Shown: positions 40,309 to 48,970 of the stretch, piece by piece
Numbering within the stretch: position 1 is the stretch's first letter
How the letters are laid out: every line of letters starts with the position of its first letter
The notes under the pieces: model-generated
What the model was told of the DNA's origin: nothing
The model's input: the letters and a program-made list of their open reading frames with translations, nothing else
Databases searched by the model: none
Program-made: the position numbers and the translations under genes
DNA from: Candidatus Hadarchaeota archaeon
GTDB lineage: Archaea; Hadarchaeota; Hadarchaeia; Hadarchaeales; JAGGTB01
NCBI GenBank assembly: GCA_964384105.1
Contig: CAYLJV010000002.1
Location: 100,687-164,686 of the forward strand
Reading direction: 5' to 3'
DNA: 64,000 nucleotides

Positions 40309-41190
40309 TTAACACGAACGTATTACAAGCTCCCCCCTGTCCACGTCAAAACTTTTTGCAACTGGATTGCACTTAGCCCTCAAAATGTAAACGAGCCTGT
40401 TCTCAAACTCTTTTTCAAACTCGGAAATCGTTTCAAAATTACCCATTCCCTTACTTATAATTAAATCCGCTTTCTCTAATTGCTCCCTAAACTTCGGCGA
40501 AATATCCTCAAGAAAAAGTCCCACTTTACCTCCCGTCGCAAAAACCTCCCCAAATCTCTCGATACCTATCTCAGAAGCTACCTCTAAAGTTACGTCTTCC
40601 TGAACTGGTTTAGACTTCACACCAATTGACAGCCCTATTTCCAGATCTCTGATCTCCTCCATGAGTATCTGATCTAAAATTATTTCACCACAATTATCAG
40701 CTAGATAAACAATCTCGTCACTCGATAGGATTTTCGAAGCTATCTTTGATGAATCATCTATCCCCAACCTTCCATTGACAAGCCTTTTGAACTCGGAATA
40801 GAACTCATCCGGGTCAAAATCGTAACCTGAAACTCCAAACTCCATAGAATTCGCAGCAGCAGCCACCTTCAACGACATTTCAAGTCTCTTCTTCTTTTTA
40901 TCTAAATCTTTCAACAAACCCTCGGCAGGAGATTTTAGCTTGGAAGCAGTTTTATTAGACGTTTTCTTTAGTTCCTCGTAAGGATCAAAATTCGAAGTAA
41001 CCTCTCTCATTATATTGCTTCTTTCAGAACCGTAAAAAGGGGGAGTTTTTCTTCCTTTTAGATTGGAATATAAAAACTCTAAAAATTTACCAATTGCCTT
41101 GAACTGTAATTCCTCGTCATCTGTAGAAATTTCAGCCTGTCTAACAGCAGTTTCTATAAGACACGGGATACATTCACGTTGAAGTTTCAT
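40309..41190 (-). CDS. DUF89/ARMT1-like damage-control phosphatase
   Basis: ECIPC, DPY..LK..SN, DNCGEI..D, IISKGMGNFE, L.AKC..VA. Confidence 0.9.
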   Translation of the reverse strand: MKLQRECIPCLIETAVRQAEISTDDEELQFKAIGKFLEFLYSNLKGRKTPPFYGSERSNIMREVTSNFDPYEELKKTSNKTASKLKSPAEGLLKDLDKKKKRLEMSLKVAAAANSMEFGVSGYDFDPDEFYSEFKRLVNGRLGIDDSSKIASKILSSDEIVYLADNCGEIILDQILMEEIRDLEIGLSIGVKSKPVQEDVTLEVASEIGIERFGEVFATGGKVGLFLEDISPKFREQLEKADLIISKGMGNFETISEFEKEFENRLVYILRAKCNPVAKSFDVDRGELVIRSC

Positions 41191-41200
41191 AGGTATTACC

Positions 41201-41737
41201 TCATGGGAAGACTAACCTAATTTTCTCTCTTTCGAGTCTCTCATGCAATTTTGGATTATCCCTAGCTAATTCCCCATACTCTAATGGGCTCAATATTCTT
41301 GCCTCAATATCTCTCCCAATTTTCGAAGAAACATCATTTAAAACTTTTTTAATTCTCTTCGAGTCTCCTCTCTTCAATATTAGTAGTTCTATCGAACTAT
41401 CCGGAGCATAAGTCCCCTTGGCAGCAGATCCGATTAGATAAACAGATTTAATGTCATTCACGCCCTCGAAAGCCGAGATAAGCTCAGATATTGTTAAAAG
41501 AACCCTTAACTGCCTAACTAGTGGGTTTCCCAACCTAATTTTGTAAAATTTTTTTCTACCATCGGTTTTTTCTGATAGTATTCCATTATTAGTCAGATTT
41601 TTCAACCACTTTATCGTAGTGGCTTTAGAAAGATTGAGTTTATTACCGATCTCTTTGGAATAAAACTCCTTATCCGGATTCTTGCAGAAAAGCTCGAGCA
41701 TATCAACAGAAGCCTGAGAGCCCAAAAAATCTAACAT
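41201..41737 (-). CDS. winged-HTH plus nucleotidyltransferase-like (MNT) domain protein
   Basis: N-terminal wHTH (EIGNKLNLSKATTIKWLKNL...G.L....GR.K.Y); C-terminal YLIGS.A.G motif. Confidence 0.75.
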   Translation of the reverse strand: MLDFLGSQASVDMLELFCKNPDKEFYSKEIGNKLNLSKATTIKWLKNLTNNGILSEKTDGRKKFYKIRLGNPLVRQLRVLLTISELISAFEGVNDIKSVYLIGSAAKGTYAPDSSIELLILKRGDSKRIKKVLNDVSSKIGRDIEARILSPLEYGELARDNPKLHERLEREKIRLVFP

Positions 41738-41803
41738 ACTATCCCGATTAAGGTCTAAAATATTAAACCTATAACTATTTCCCTCTTTGCCAAAAATAAT
41801 GTA

Positions 41804-42853
41804 CTACTCGAAAACCACCGGAGTCTTGTTCTTGTACTCAGCTACGGTAAGAACCCTTGTATCACTCTTATCCGCAGTTTTCCAAACTTTTTCGGTTCTC
41901 TCTCGGAAATTTTTCTCTCGAGTAAGGTGGTGATCATATAGAATTAGCTTAGAACTAGTCTCCTCTATTATTCTGGATATGTTCTCGACAGCTCTATCGA
42001 GATTGGTCTGATTAAGCATATAACCTAAAAGATAAGTAGCCGGTCCATCCAGGTAAAGAAAATCCGGATCTTGATCTATAATCCAATCAGCATAGTCCTC
42101 AACAGTAGGGCCCTGTAAATCAGATGAATGAACAAAACTCTTGTTCCCCCTTTGAACCACTGTTGAAAAAACCCAACCAGTCTTAGAAAGCTCTATCCCG
42201 TGAAAGATAGAATGTGTAAATTTTAGAGTCGTAGAACCGAACTCTATCTCTTTCCCTTCTGGAAACTCAACTTTTATGTTATCAAAGTCCAACTCTGGAA
42301 TTTTTTCGTATGAATTCCAATTTTTGGTCCTTTTCCAATACAGATCTAACCATTTCTGGATCAACTCATCTCTTCTCGAATTGTATTCCTCAAAGTCCAT
42401 ATCTCTAGCATGAGGAATCTCATCCAACGGATCCCCATAATCTTTTTCCGAACGCTCCTCCATCAAATCCTCGAGCCTAACTCCACCAAAATTCTGACAA
42501 ATATTATCGAAGAACTTAGATGCCCTCTCTCGCTGAGAATTGTTAATGAATTCATTGGGATTTTTAACCAGAAGCAACTTTCCACTGTAAAGATCCTCAT
42601 CGAAATCGGTAAAATGATCGTAGTGATAATGGGAAATTACCATCACATCGGCTCTTCTACTGGCCTCTTTGATAGAAAGCCACGAACGGGACTTCCAGTA
42701 GGATTTTTTAACATCGGAAGCAGGAAAACTAGGCTGCATCACAGCAACTCCTGGGTCTATAAGCACGTTAACTTCGGGAGTTTCAACGAGAGTACAAGTC
42801 GTCTTCGCACCAAGAGAATCTGCCCAAAGAGGGTTGAAAGAGATATCGTTCAT
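41804..42853 (-). CDS. MBL-fold metallohydrolase (UPF0282-like)
   Basis: W.DSLGAK, IDPG, ISHYHYDH, HG, SSDLQGP, DGP..Y, DHHL.R. Confidence 0.85.
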   Translation of the reverse strand: MNDISFNPLWADSLGAKTTCTLVETPEVNVLIDPGVAVMQPSFPASDVKKSYWKSRSWLSIKEASRRADVMVISHYHYDHFTDFDEDLYSGKLLLVKNPNEFINNSQRERASKFFDNICQNFGGVRLEDLMEERSEKDYGDPLDEIPHARDMDFEEYNSRRDELIQKWLDLYWKRTKNWNSYEKIPELDFDNIKVEFPEGKEIEFGSTTLKFTHSIFHGIELSKTGWVFSTVVQRGNKSFVHSSDLQGPTVEDYADWIIDQDPDFLYLDGPATYLLGYMLNQTNLDRAVENISRIIEETSSKLILYDHHLTREKNFRERTEKVWKTADKSDTRVLTVAEYKNKTPVVFE

Positions 42854-42933
42854 ACTGACTTATTATTAAAGTATCATTCAAAATAGAATTTAGGTATATT
42901 AATCTCTTTTAGACCGAACTTTAGAGAGTATAT

Positions 42934-43854
42934 TTAGAGATAATCCAACCAGAACTCGTATTCAGACCTCTTACCTTTCACAGTATCAAAGAATATCGAC
43001 TGCAGTTTTTCGGTAATTTCCCCTCTCTTACCACTGCCGATCTCATGTCCATCGATTTCTCTTATCGGGGTCACTTCAGCCGCAGTTCCTGTGAAAAATG
43101 CCTCATCTGCAGACAAAAGTCGTTCTTCTGTAAAGTCTTCCTCTATCACCGAAATACCCAGATCAGACGCTATTTTTATAATGGAATCTCTGGTTATGCC
43201 TTCTAGAACACCTGATGACAGAGGTGGAGTTATTATCTCACCATCTTCAACTATGAAAAGATTCTCTCCTGGACCCTCCGTTATATTACCCTCTAAATTC
43301 TTCAAAATCGCCTCATCGAAGTCTCTTCCCAAAGCATCGAGCTTCGCTAATATTGAATTTGCATAATTAGCCACGGTCTTCGAGTGAGGTGGCAATATCC
43401 TTGAACTGATCTTTCGCCATTGTGTAATAGTGGCTTTTATACCATTTTTTAGTCCCTCTTCTCCAAGATACGAACCCCAAGGCCAAACGGCTATTGCAAC
43501 CTCTACAGGCGCACCTTGGGGATTCAGACCCATCTTCCCATAGCCGTAATACCCAAGTGGCCTTATATAGCACTCCTCAAGGTCATTTTTCGTAACGGTA
43601 AGCCTCACAGCGTCGATGAGTTCACTCACAGAATATGGTAAATTCATCTTCACGATATTGGAGGATTTTTCAAATCTCTTCATGTGGTCCTCCAAGCGGA
43701 ATATCGCTGGGCCGCTATCAGTTTTGTAGCACCTGATACCCTCAAAGATTCCAAGTCCATAATGAAGAGTATGAGTAAGGATGTGCACCTTTGCCTCATC
43801 CCAGGGAACCAGCTCCCCGCTCATCCAAATATAATCTGTAGGAATCAATGACAT
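42934..43854 (-). CDS. ilvE: branched-chain amino acid aminotransferase
   Basis: LHYG.GIFEGIR.Y, YIRP, K..ANY, EGPGENLF, LEGITR, GTAAEVTP; ATG at 43854. Confidence 0.96.
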   Translation of the reverse strand: MSLIPTDYIWMSGELVPWDEAKVHILTHTLHYGLGIFEGIRCYKTDSGPAIFRLEDHMKRFEKSSNIVKMNLPYSVSELIDAVRLTVTKNDLEECYIRPLGYYGYGKMGLNPQGAPVEVAIAVWPWGSYLGEEGLKNGIKATITQWRKISSRILPPHSKTVANYANSILAKLDALGRDFDEAILKNLEGNITEGPGENLFIVEDGEIITPPLSSGVLEGITRDSIIKIASDLGISVIEEDFTEERLLSADEAFFTGTAAEVTPIREIDGHEIGSGKRGEITEKLQSIFFDTVKGKRSEYEFWLDYL

Positions 43855-43944
43855 AAGCTCACGACGTATATAACTACTGGGCATTAATATTAACTCTTAC
43901 TAAGAAATAACCTCTACAAATCATCGAAGCCCAGCAACATGACA

Positions 43945-44169
43945 TTAATTGTCCTTCAGATAGTCTCTGACTACCTTCAGAGCACATAATTCAGAACACA
44001 TGCTGCAAGTTTCGGGATCAAGCACCGATGGCTTCTTCTCTCTGAAACGTCTGGCTCTTTCAGGGTCCAGGGAAAGTTCAAATTGTCTTTCCCAATCTAA
44101 ATATTTCTTAGAATAGACTTCCTTCATTTCCTGAGTGGCTTTACCTTTCCTAGCTTCTTCTAATTGCAT
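43945..44169 (-). CDS. mini-ThiC: N-terminal helix joined in frame to the C-terminal Fe-S domain of ThiC (remnant or small protein)
   Basis: MQLEEARKG.AT.EMK.V matches the ThiC N-terminus; LDWERQFELSLDPERAR...CSMCSELCA matches the ThiC C-terminus. Confidence 0.75.
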   Translation of the reverse strand: MQLEEARKGKATQEMKEVYSKKYLDWERQFELSLDPERARRFREKKPSVLDPETCSMCSELCALKVVRDYLKDN

Positions 44170-44234
44170 TTAATCTCTTACCACTGATTCTACAACAAAC
44201 TAAATAACTTTGGGTATAAGAAACATTCACTACA

Positions 44235-45056
44235 ATGCCACCAATCGGAATAATAACCGACTTCGGAGAGAAGGACTATTTTGTTGGATCCATGAAAGGA
44301 GTAATACTTTCGATAAATCCGAAAGCTCAAATAATCGATATAACCCACGAAATATCGAAACACGATATTCGCTCTGCCAGCTTCATACTCGCAAACGCAG
44401 CTAAGACATTTCCCAAAGGGACAGTATTTCTTGTTGTGATAGATCCTGGGGTCGGAACAAAAAGAAAATGTATATCTCTAAAGACGAAGAACGGACTGAC
44501 ATTCGTTGGACCAGATAACGGAGTATTTACTCAAGTTTCAGAAGATTTTGGAATACAGGAAATTCGCGAGGTTTCGAATAAAAACTTGATGAGATCAACT
44601 ATCTCAAACACTTTTCATGGAAGGGATGTGATGGCTCCAGTGGCTGCTCACCTTAGTTTAGGTATTGAAAATTCTAAAATCGGACCAGAATTAGAAGAAA
44701 TAAAATTATTGGAAATAGAAAAGCCAGAAATATCCAAGGGCGAAATAAAAGGTGAGATTCTGCACATAGATGACTTCGGAAATGTGGTCACGAACATAAA
44801 ACAAGAACTGGTGAAAAAGATCGCAAAAACAGGGGGTAAATTAGAAATAAGAATAAACAAGGAAAGATTGGAAGCTCCCTTTGTAGATGATTTTTCCAGA
44901 GTTCCTAAAGGAAACGTTCTCTGCTATATTGGAAGCGCAGGTGTCCTCGAAATAGCCAAAAATCAGGGAAATCTCGCAGACGATTTAAAAGTAGAAAGAA
45001 ATAGCAAGGTCCATATAAAAACAATAACACAACAGTCACAGAACTCAGACTTTTAG
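44235..45056 (+). CDS. SAM hydroxide adenosyltransferase / chlorinase-like protein (DUF62)
   Basis: TDFG..DYFVG.MKG, DITH, VIDPGVGT.R, GPDNG, TFHGRD, D.FGN. Confidence 0.93.
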   Translation: MPPIGIITDFGEKDYFVGSMKGVILSINPKAQIIDITHEISKHDIRSASFILANAAKTFPKGTVFLVVIDPGVGTKRKCISLKTKNGLTFVGPDNGVFTQVSEDFGIQEIREVSNKNLMRSTISNTFHGRDVMAPVAAHLSLGIENSKIGPELEEIKLLEIEKPEISKGEIKGEILHIDDFGNVVTNIKQELVKKIAKTGGKLEIRINKERLEAPFVDDFSRVPKGNVLCYIGSAGVLEIAKNQGNLADDLKVERNSKVHIKTITQQSQNSDF

Positions 45057-45114
45057 TCTATTTAAAAAAGTTAAAAAGTAGCCAGCCGAGTTTTTTAAAG
45101 AGGAAGGGAAAAAT

Positions 45115-46098
45115 TTGCCAAAAAAAGGCCTGATAATCGGAAGATTTCAGCCATTACATAAAGGACACTTCTCCGTTTTTAAGCAAATGAACAAAGAATG
45201 TGATTTAATAATAATCGGAGTCGGAAGCGCTCAGATTGAGAGAGAAAAAAGCAATCCATTATCTGGAGGAGAACGAATAACAATGATAAAAAAAGTCCTC
45301 GATAACCGAAAGATAGGGCCATACGAAATCTACCCCATTCCAGACATAAACTGCTATCCAGCTTGGCCATACTATGTCAAAACGATATTACCCGAATTTG
45401 ATTACCTGTATGCTCATTCCGAAACCGTACTTAGACTGTTCGAAGGAACAAGAACAAAAATAAGAAAAGTGCCATCCTTTAATAAGAGTGAATGGTCAGC
45501 TACTATAGTAAGAAGAAGGATTCGCGAAGGCAAAGAATGGAAACACTTAGTTCCAAAAGAAGTTGCAGAATTTTTAGAGGAGATAGATATGAAGGAAAGA
45601 TTAAAACCGGTTTTAGAGACTAAGTCCGAAACTGAAAAGAAAATTGCTCATTTATTAACCAAGAAAAAATTGAAGATAGCAACTGCGGAATCATGCACTG
45701 GGGGATTGGTTTCAAATCGTCTCACTAATATTCCAGGCTCCTCCACTTACTTTGAAAGAGGACTAGTAACCTACAGTAATAAAGCAAAGATAGACCTTCT
45801 CGGAGTGGATGAGGAGGTACTAAAAAAAGAGGGTGCCGTAAGCAAAGAGGTAGCCAAGCAGATGGCAGAAGGATTAAGAAAAAGAGCTAAGGTGGATAAT
45901 ATAGGACTAGCAACTACGGGTATTATGGGACCTGGCGGAGGTACAAAGGGAAAACCAGTAGGAACTGTTTACATGGGACTCGCACATTCCGAAGGAACTG
46001 AAATCCAGCACTTTCAGTTTTCCGGAAACAGACCGGAAGTAAAAAACCAGACCTCAGAGAAAGCTTTACAATTTGTTATAGACTTCCTCGAGAAATAA
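45115..46098 (+). CDS. fusion of NMN adenylyltransferase (NadM) and NMN deamidase (PncC/CinA C-terminal domain)
   Basis: GRFQPLHKGH, NPL..GER, SATIVR (NadM); AESCTGG, PGSS, YSN.AK, GAVS, TG..GP, KPVGTV (PncC). Confidence 0.9.
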   Translation: MPKKGLIIGRFQPLHKGHFSVFKQMNKECDLIIIGVGSAQIEREKSNPLSGGERITMIKKVLDNRKIGPYEIYPIPDINCYPAWPYYVKTILPEFDYLYAHSETVLRLFEGTRTKIRKVPSFNKSEWSATIVRRRIREGKEWKHLVPKEVAEFLEEIDMKERLKPVLETKSETEKKIAHLLTKKKLKIATAESCTGGLVSNRLTNIPGSSTYFERGLVTYSNKAKIDLLGVDEEVLKKEGAVSKEVAKQMAEGLRKRAKVDNIGLATTGIMGPGGGTKGKPVGTVYMGLAHSEGTEIQHFQFSGNRPEVKNQTSEKALQFVIDFLEK

Positions 46099-46107
46099 AA
46101 CTCATAA

Positions 46108-46413
46108 TTATTCAAAATCTTCAAAAAAGTACTTTTCTAGATCTATCTTACCCTCAATAACCTCTACTCCCTCTTTCCTAAGCAATTCCACTTTTTTATC
46201 CCGTCCCAGTCTGTAACCCCCAATAGTTCCACTCGATTTAACTACTCTGTGACACGGTATCTCCACCGGATTGGGGTTCTTTGATAGAGCATTGCCCACC
46301 GCCCTTGCAGCCTTTGGCTTCCCAAGGGCTATTGCTACTTGTTTATAAGTAGAAACTTTTCCTTCTGGAATTTTTGAAATTAAATCCAATACTCTCTTAT
46401 CAAATTTTGTCAT
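46108..46413 (-). CDS. ogt: O6-methylguanine-DNA methyltransferase (single domain)
   Basis: IPEGKV.TY, ARAVG.A...NP, PCHRVV with catalytic Cys; start uncertain (46413-46461). Confidence 0.9.
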   Translation of the reverse strand: MTKFDKRVLDLISKIPEGKVSTYKQVAIALGKPKAARAVGNALSKNPNPVEIPCHRVVKSSGTIGGYRLGRDKKVELLRKEGVEVIEGKIDLEKYFFEDFE

Positions 46414-46584
46414 TTCCAACTTGTTCATTGAACAATGAATACAAAAATTTTGTTGAATCAAATCGTAACTAACTTAAATACTGATTAATGAATCTCCATA
46501 CCTTTTAGAATCTTGGAAAACCAATAAAAGAAATTGAATTAAGGACCTCTAACAAAAATGAAACTATCAAAATAGAAAAGAAGG

Positions 46585-47643
46585 ATGAAAAGATTGATAG
46601 AGATAGATGGTTCCAGAGGTGAAGGAGGAGGGAGTGTAGTAAGACTCTCAACTGCCCTGGCAACTACTCTTGGGGAGCCGATCAGAATATACAATATTCG
46701 AATAAAAAGAGATAACCCCGGCCTGAGACCCCAGCATCTGATGGGACTGCGGGCACTCGCGGAACTCTGCAATGGGAATCTAACTGGAGATGAAGTAGGC
46801 TCTAAAGAAATAAAGCTCGATCCTGGAAAGATTCAGGGTGGAGATATACTAGTCGAAATAGAGACTGCAGGTAGCATATGTCTAGTACTTCAAACCTTAA
46901 TGATCCCTGCAGCTTTTTCGAAATCAAATACTAATATAAAGTTTAGAGGAGGAGCAACTGACACATTTTTCGCTCCACCTATAGACTACCTGAAAAACGT
47001 TACACTTCCCATGCTCAGAAAGATGGGATACATAGGCGAAGTAAAATGTGTCAGACGTGGTCATTACCCAAAAGGCGGAGCTATAGCAGAGGCAAAAATA
47101 TCTCCAATAGAGAAACTTAAACCAATTCACCTTGAAGAGCTGGGTGAGGTTAAAAGTATATCCGGGAGGTCCCACTGTGCCAAACTTCCCGGTCATATAG
47201 CTAAGAGGCAAGCTGAATCTGCAGAGAAATACTTGGAGAATTCGGGATACAAAGCCAATATCGGCATTGAATCTTACGAAAAATCCGAGGACCCCCACAT
47301 AGGACCTGGCACCGGAATAACCCTGTGGACAAAAACGGAAAACGGAGCTATCTTGGGAACCAGTTCCCTCGGTAAAAAGGGTAAATCTGCCGAGGTAGTG
47401 GGAGAGGAAGCCGCGAAGAGTCTCATAAAACAGATAAAAACCGGTTGTTCTTTCGATCTCTACCTGACCGACCAGATAATACCCTACATGGCATTGGCGG
47501 AAGGTAAATCGGTGATAACCGGTTCGGAAATTACTTCCCATACTTTGACAAACGTAAAAATTGCGGAAGAGATTCTGAGAGTTGACTTCGATGTGAAAGA
47601 TAAAAAAGGTCAACCGGGGAAAATATCCGTCGAAAAAAACTAG
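46585..47643 (+). CDS. rtcA: RNA 3'-terminal phosphate cyclase
   Basis: IDGS.GEGGG, R..PGLR.QH, TAGS, R.GHYPKGG, DQ...YMALA, H..TN. Confidence 0.94.
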   Translation: MKRLIEIDGSRGEGGGSVVRLSTALATTLGEPIRIYNIRIKRDNPGLRPQHLMGLRALAELCNGNLTGDEVGSKEIKLDPGKIQGGDILVEIETAGSICLVLQTLMIPAAFSKSNTNIKFRGGATDTFFAPPIDYLKNVTLPMLRKMGYIGEVKCVRRGHYPKGGAIAEAKISPIEKLKPIHLEELGEVKSISGRSHCAKLPGHIAKRQAESAEKYLENSGYKANIGIESYEKSEDPHIGPGTGITLWTKTENGAILGTSSLGKKGKSAEVVGEEAAKSLIKQIKTGCSFDLYLTDQIIPYMALAEGKSVITGSEITSHTLTNVKIAEEILRVDFDVKDKKGQPGKISVEKN

Positions 47644-47894
47644 AAATCATAATCTTCTGTTCTTCAAATGAAATATAACTGACCTCTAAATTTCTTAGAA
47701 TAACTAAATTTTCCTCTTGAAAATATTATCAAAAATATTTCTCAAATTACTTATGTCAAAAAGTGAAATTCGATTTTCCAATCTCTACTAAAATTCGAAA
47801 TATAGAGTCGATAGAAAGAAGCTCCAAAAATTAACGTCTAAGATTTATCTCTTTATAAAACCCCTTCGACTCAAAAATTGTCGATAACCTGAAC

Positions 47895-48149
47895 ATGTTG
47901 ATAATTTCGATAATAGGTCTGGCCCTGGGATGGCACATGAGTATAATGATCTTCGATCACATAATTCTGCCCAGAAGAAAAAAGCCCTCGACCGAAAAAA
48001 TACTCAAATCGATAGAGATGGACTTACTCCAAAATCTAAGAAGGCGATTGGAAAAGCTTCCCAGTGAAAAGTTAAAGAAATCCCCCTATCAAGATTGGTC
48101 GACAAAATCTGAAATTTGGTTTAATAAGTTAGATGAGTCCCATAAATAA
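47895..48149 (+). CDS. hypothetical protein with N-terminal TM helix
   Basis: ORF with a hydrophobic N-terminus heading a chain of overlapping genes. Confidence 0.5.
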   Translation: MLIISIIGLALGWHMSIMIFDHIILPRRKKPSTEKILKSIEMDLLQNLRRRLEKLPSEKLKKSPYQDWSTKSEIWFNKLDESHK

Positions 48150-48726
48150 TCACCCCGAAAAAATATTGAAAAACATAGAAGAATTTCTGAGTATTGAGCC
48201 TCAAAACATACACGATGGAAATAGAAAAGGAAAAGAGATTTTAGAAGATTTAGAAAACATAGAAGGTCTTATTTTCAAAAAAGAGATCAAAAAGAAATTC
48301 GATAAAATAACATCCAGAGTCAAAACTCAGTACTCTAAACTCTCAAAAGACATTAACTACCTAGAAAGAACCGCTTTAGAATCAGATTGGAAAAAACTAG
48401 CAAAAAAGGATTTGTCAAGCTTTATAGAAGAGGTAATGTCCCTCCAGGAATTTCTTAGCCGACACAAAAGCACCATTCGAAGAAACTTCAATGAGGTAAA
48501 ATACGGATTCGATCTTCAAGACTTGGCAAACACTCTCAGAAAAAAAGACGTGGTTGATGAAATAACAGTCTCAAAATTTTTTCGGTTATTACATAGGATG
48601 GAAGAAAATGAAATTCAATCCAAAACAGAGGAATTCAAAGATAACCTCGAAAGGATTTCGGAATTACTTCTCATTTTGAAGGAACTAAAAACAGGGGAAA
48701 AGAACATTGGGCGAACAGAAAACTGA
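48133..48726 (+). CDS. hypothetical helical protein
   Basis: 197-aa ORF with typical + strand codon usage, overlapping both neighbours. Confidence 0.6.
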   Translation: MSPINNHPEKILKNIEEFLSIEPQNIHDGNRKGKEILEDLENIEGLIFKKEIKKKFDKITSRVKTQYSKLSKDINYLERTALESDWKKLAKKDLSSFIEEVMSLQEFLSRHKSTIRRNFNEVKYGFDLQDLANTLRKKDVVDEITVSKFFRLLHRMEENEIQSKTEEFKDNLERISELLLILKELKTGEKNIGRTEN

Positions 48727-48970
48727 GAAGAAGGTTTTGGCAGCACACGGAAGGTGGATAAAAGAACTCCAGGAATCCCTCAAGGTCATGAAACTTGACA
48801 TAGATCATCTCAAAAAGAGAATATCTGTATTTGAAAACGAGACCTCCGCTATCACAAAACATAGAGGGGAGTTGAAATCCGAGATAAGCTCTCTCAGAAA
48901 CGAACTAAGGTCACTAAAGTCAGAGATTGGAAACCTTCGACAAAATAGAGATGGTAAAAATAAAGAATAA
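48707..48970 (+). CDS. small coiled-coil protein
   Basis: Heptad repeats LKSEISSLR/LKSEIGNLR; overlaps the ATPase start. Confidence 0.55.
   Translation: MGEQKTEKKVLAAHGRWIKELQESLKVMKLDIDHLKKRISVFENETSAITKHRGELKSEISSLRNELRSLKSEIGNLRQNRDGKNKE

Noticed and set aside
46924-47613. 229-aa antisense ORF inside rtcA, and the many other 60-190 aa shadow ORFs
   Set aside because: Fully overlap well-supported genes, have no motifs, and show the F/S/I-rich composition expected from antisense of A-rich codons.
48121-48149. Frameshift joining ORFs 47895 and 48133
   Set aside because: No slippery site or homology evidence; short overlaps are the norm in this operon.
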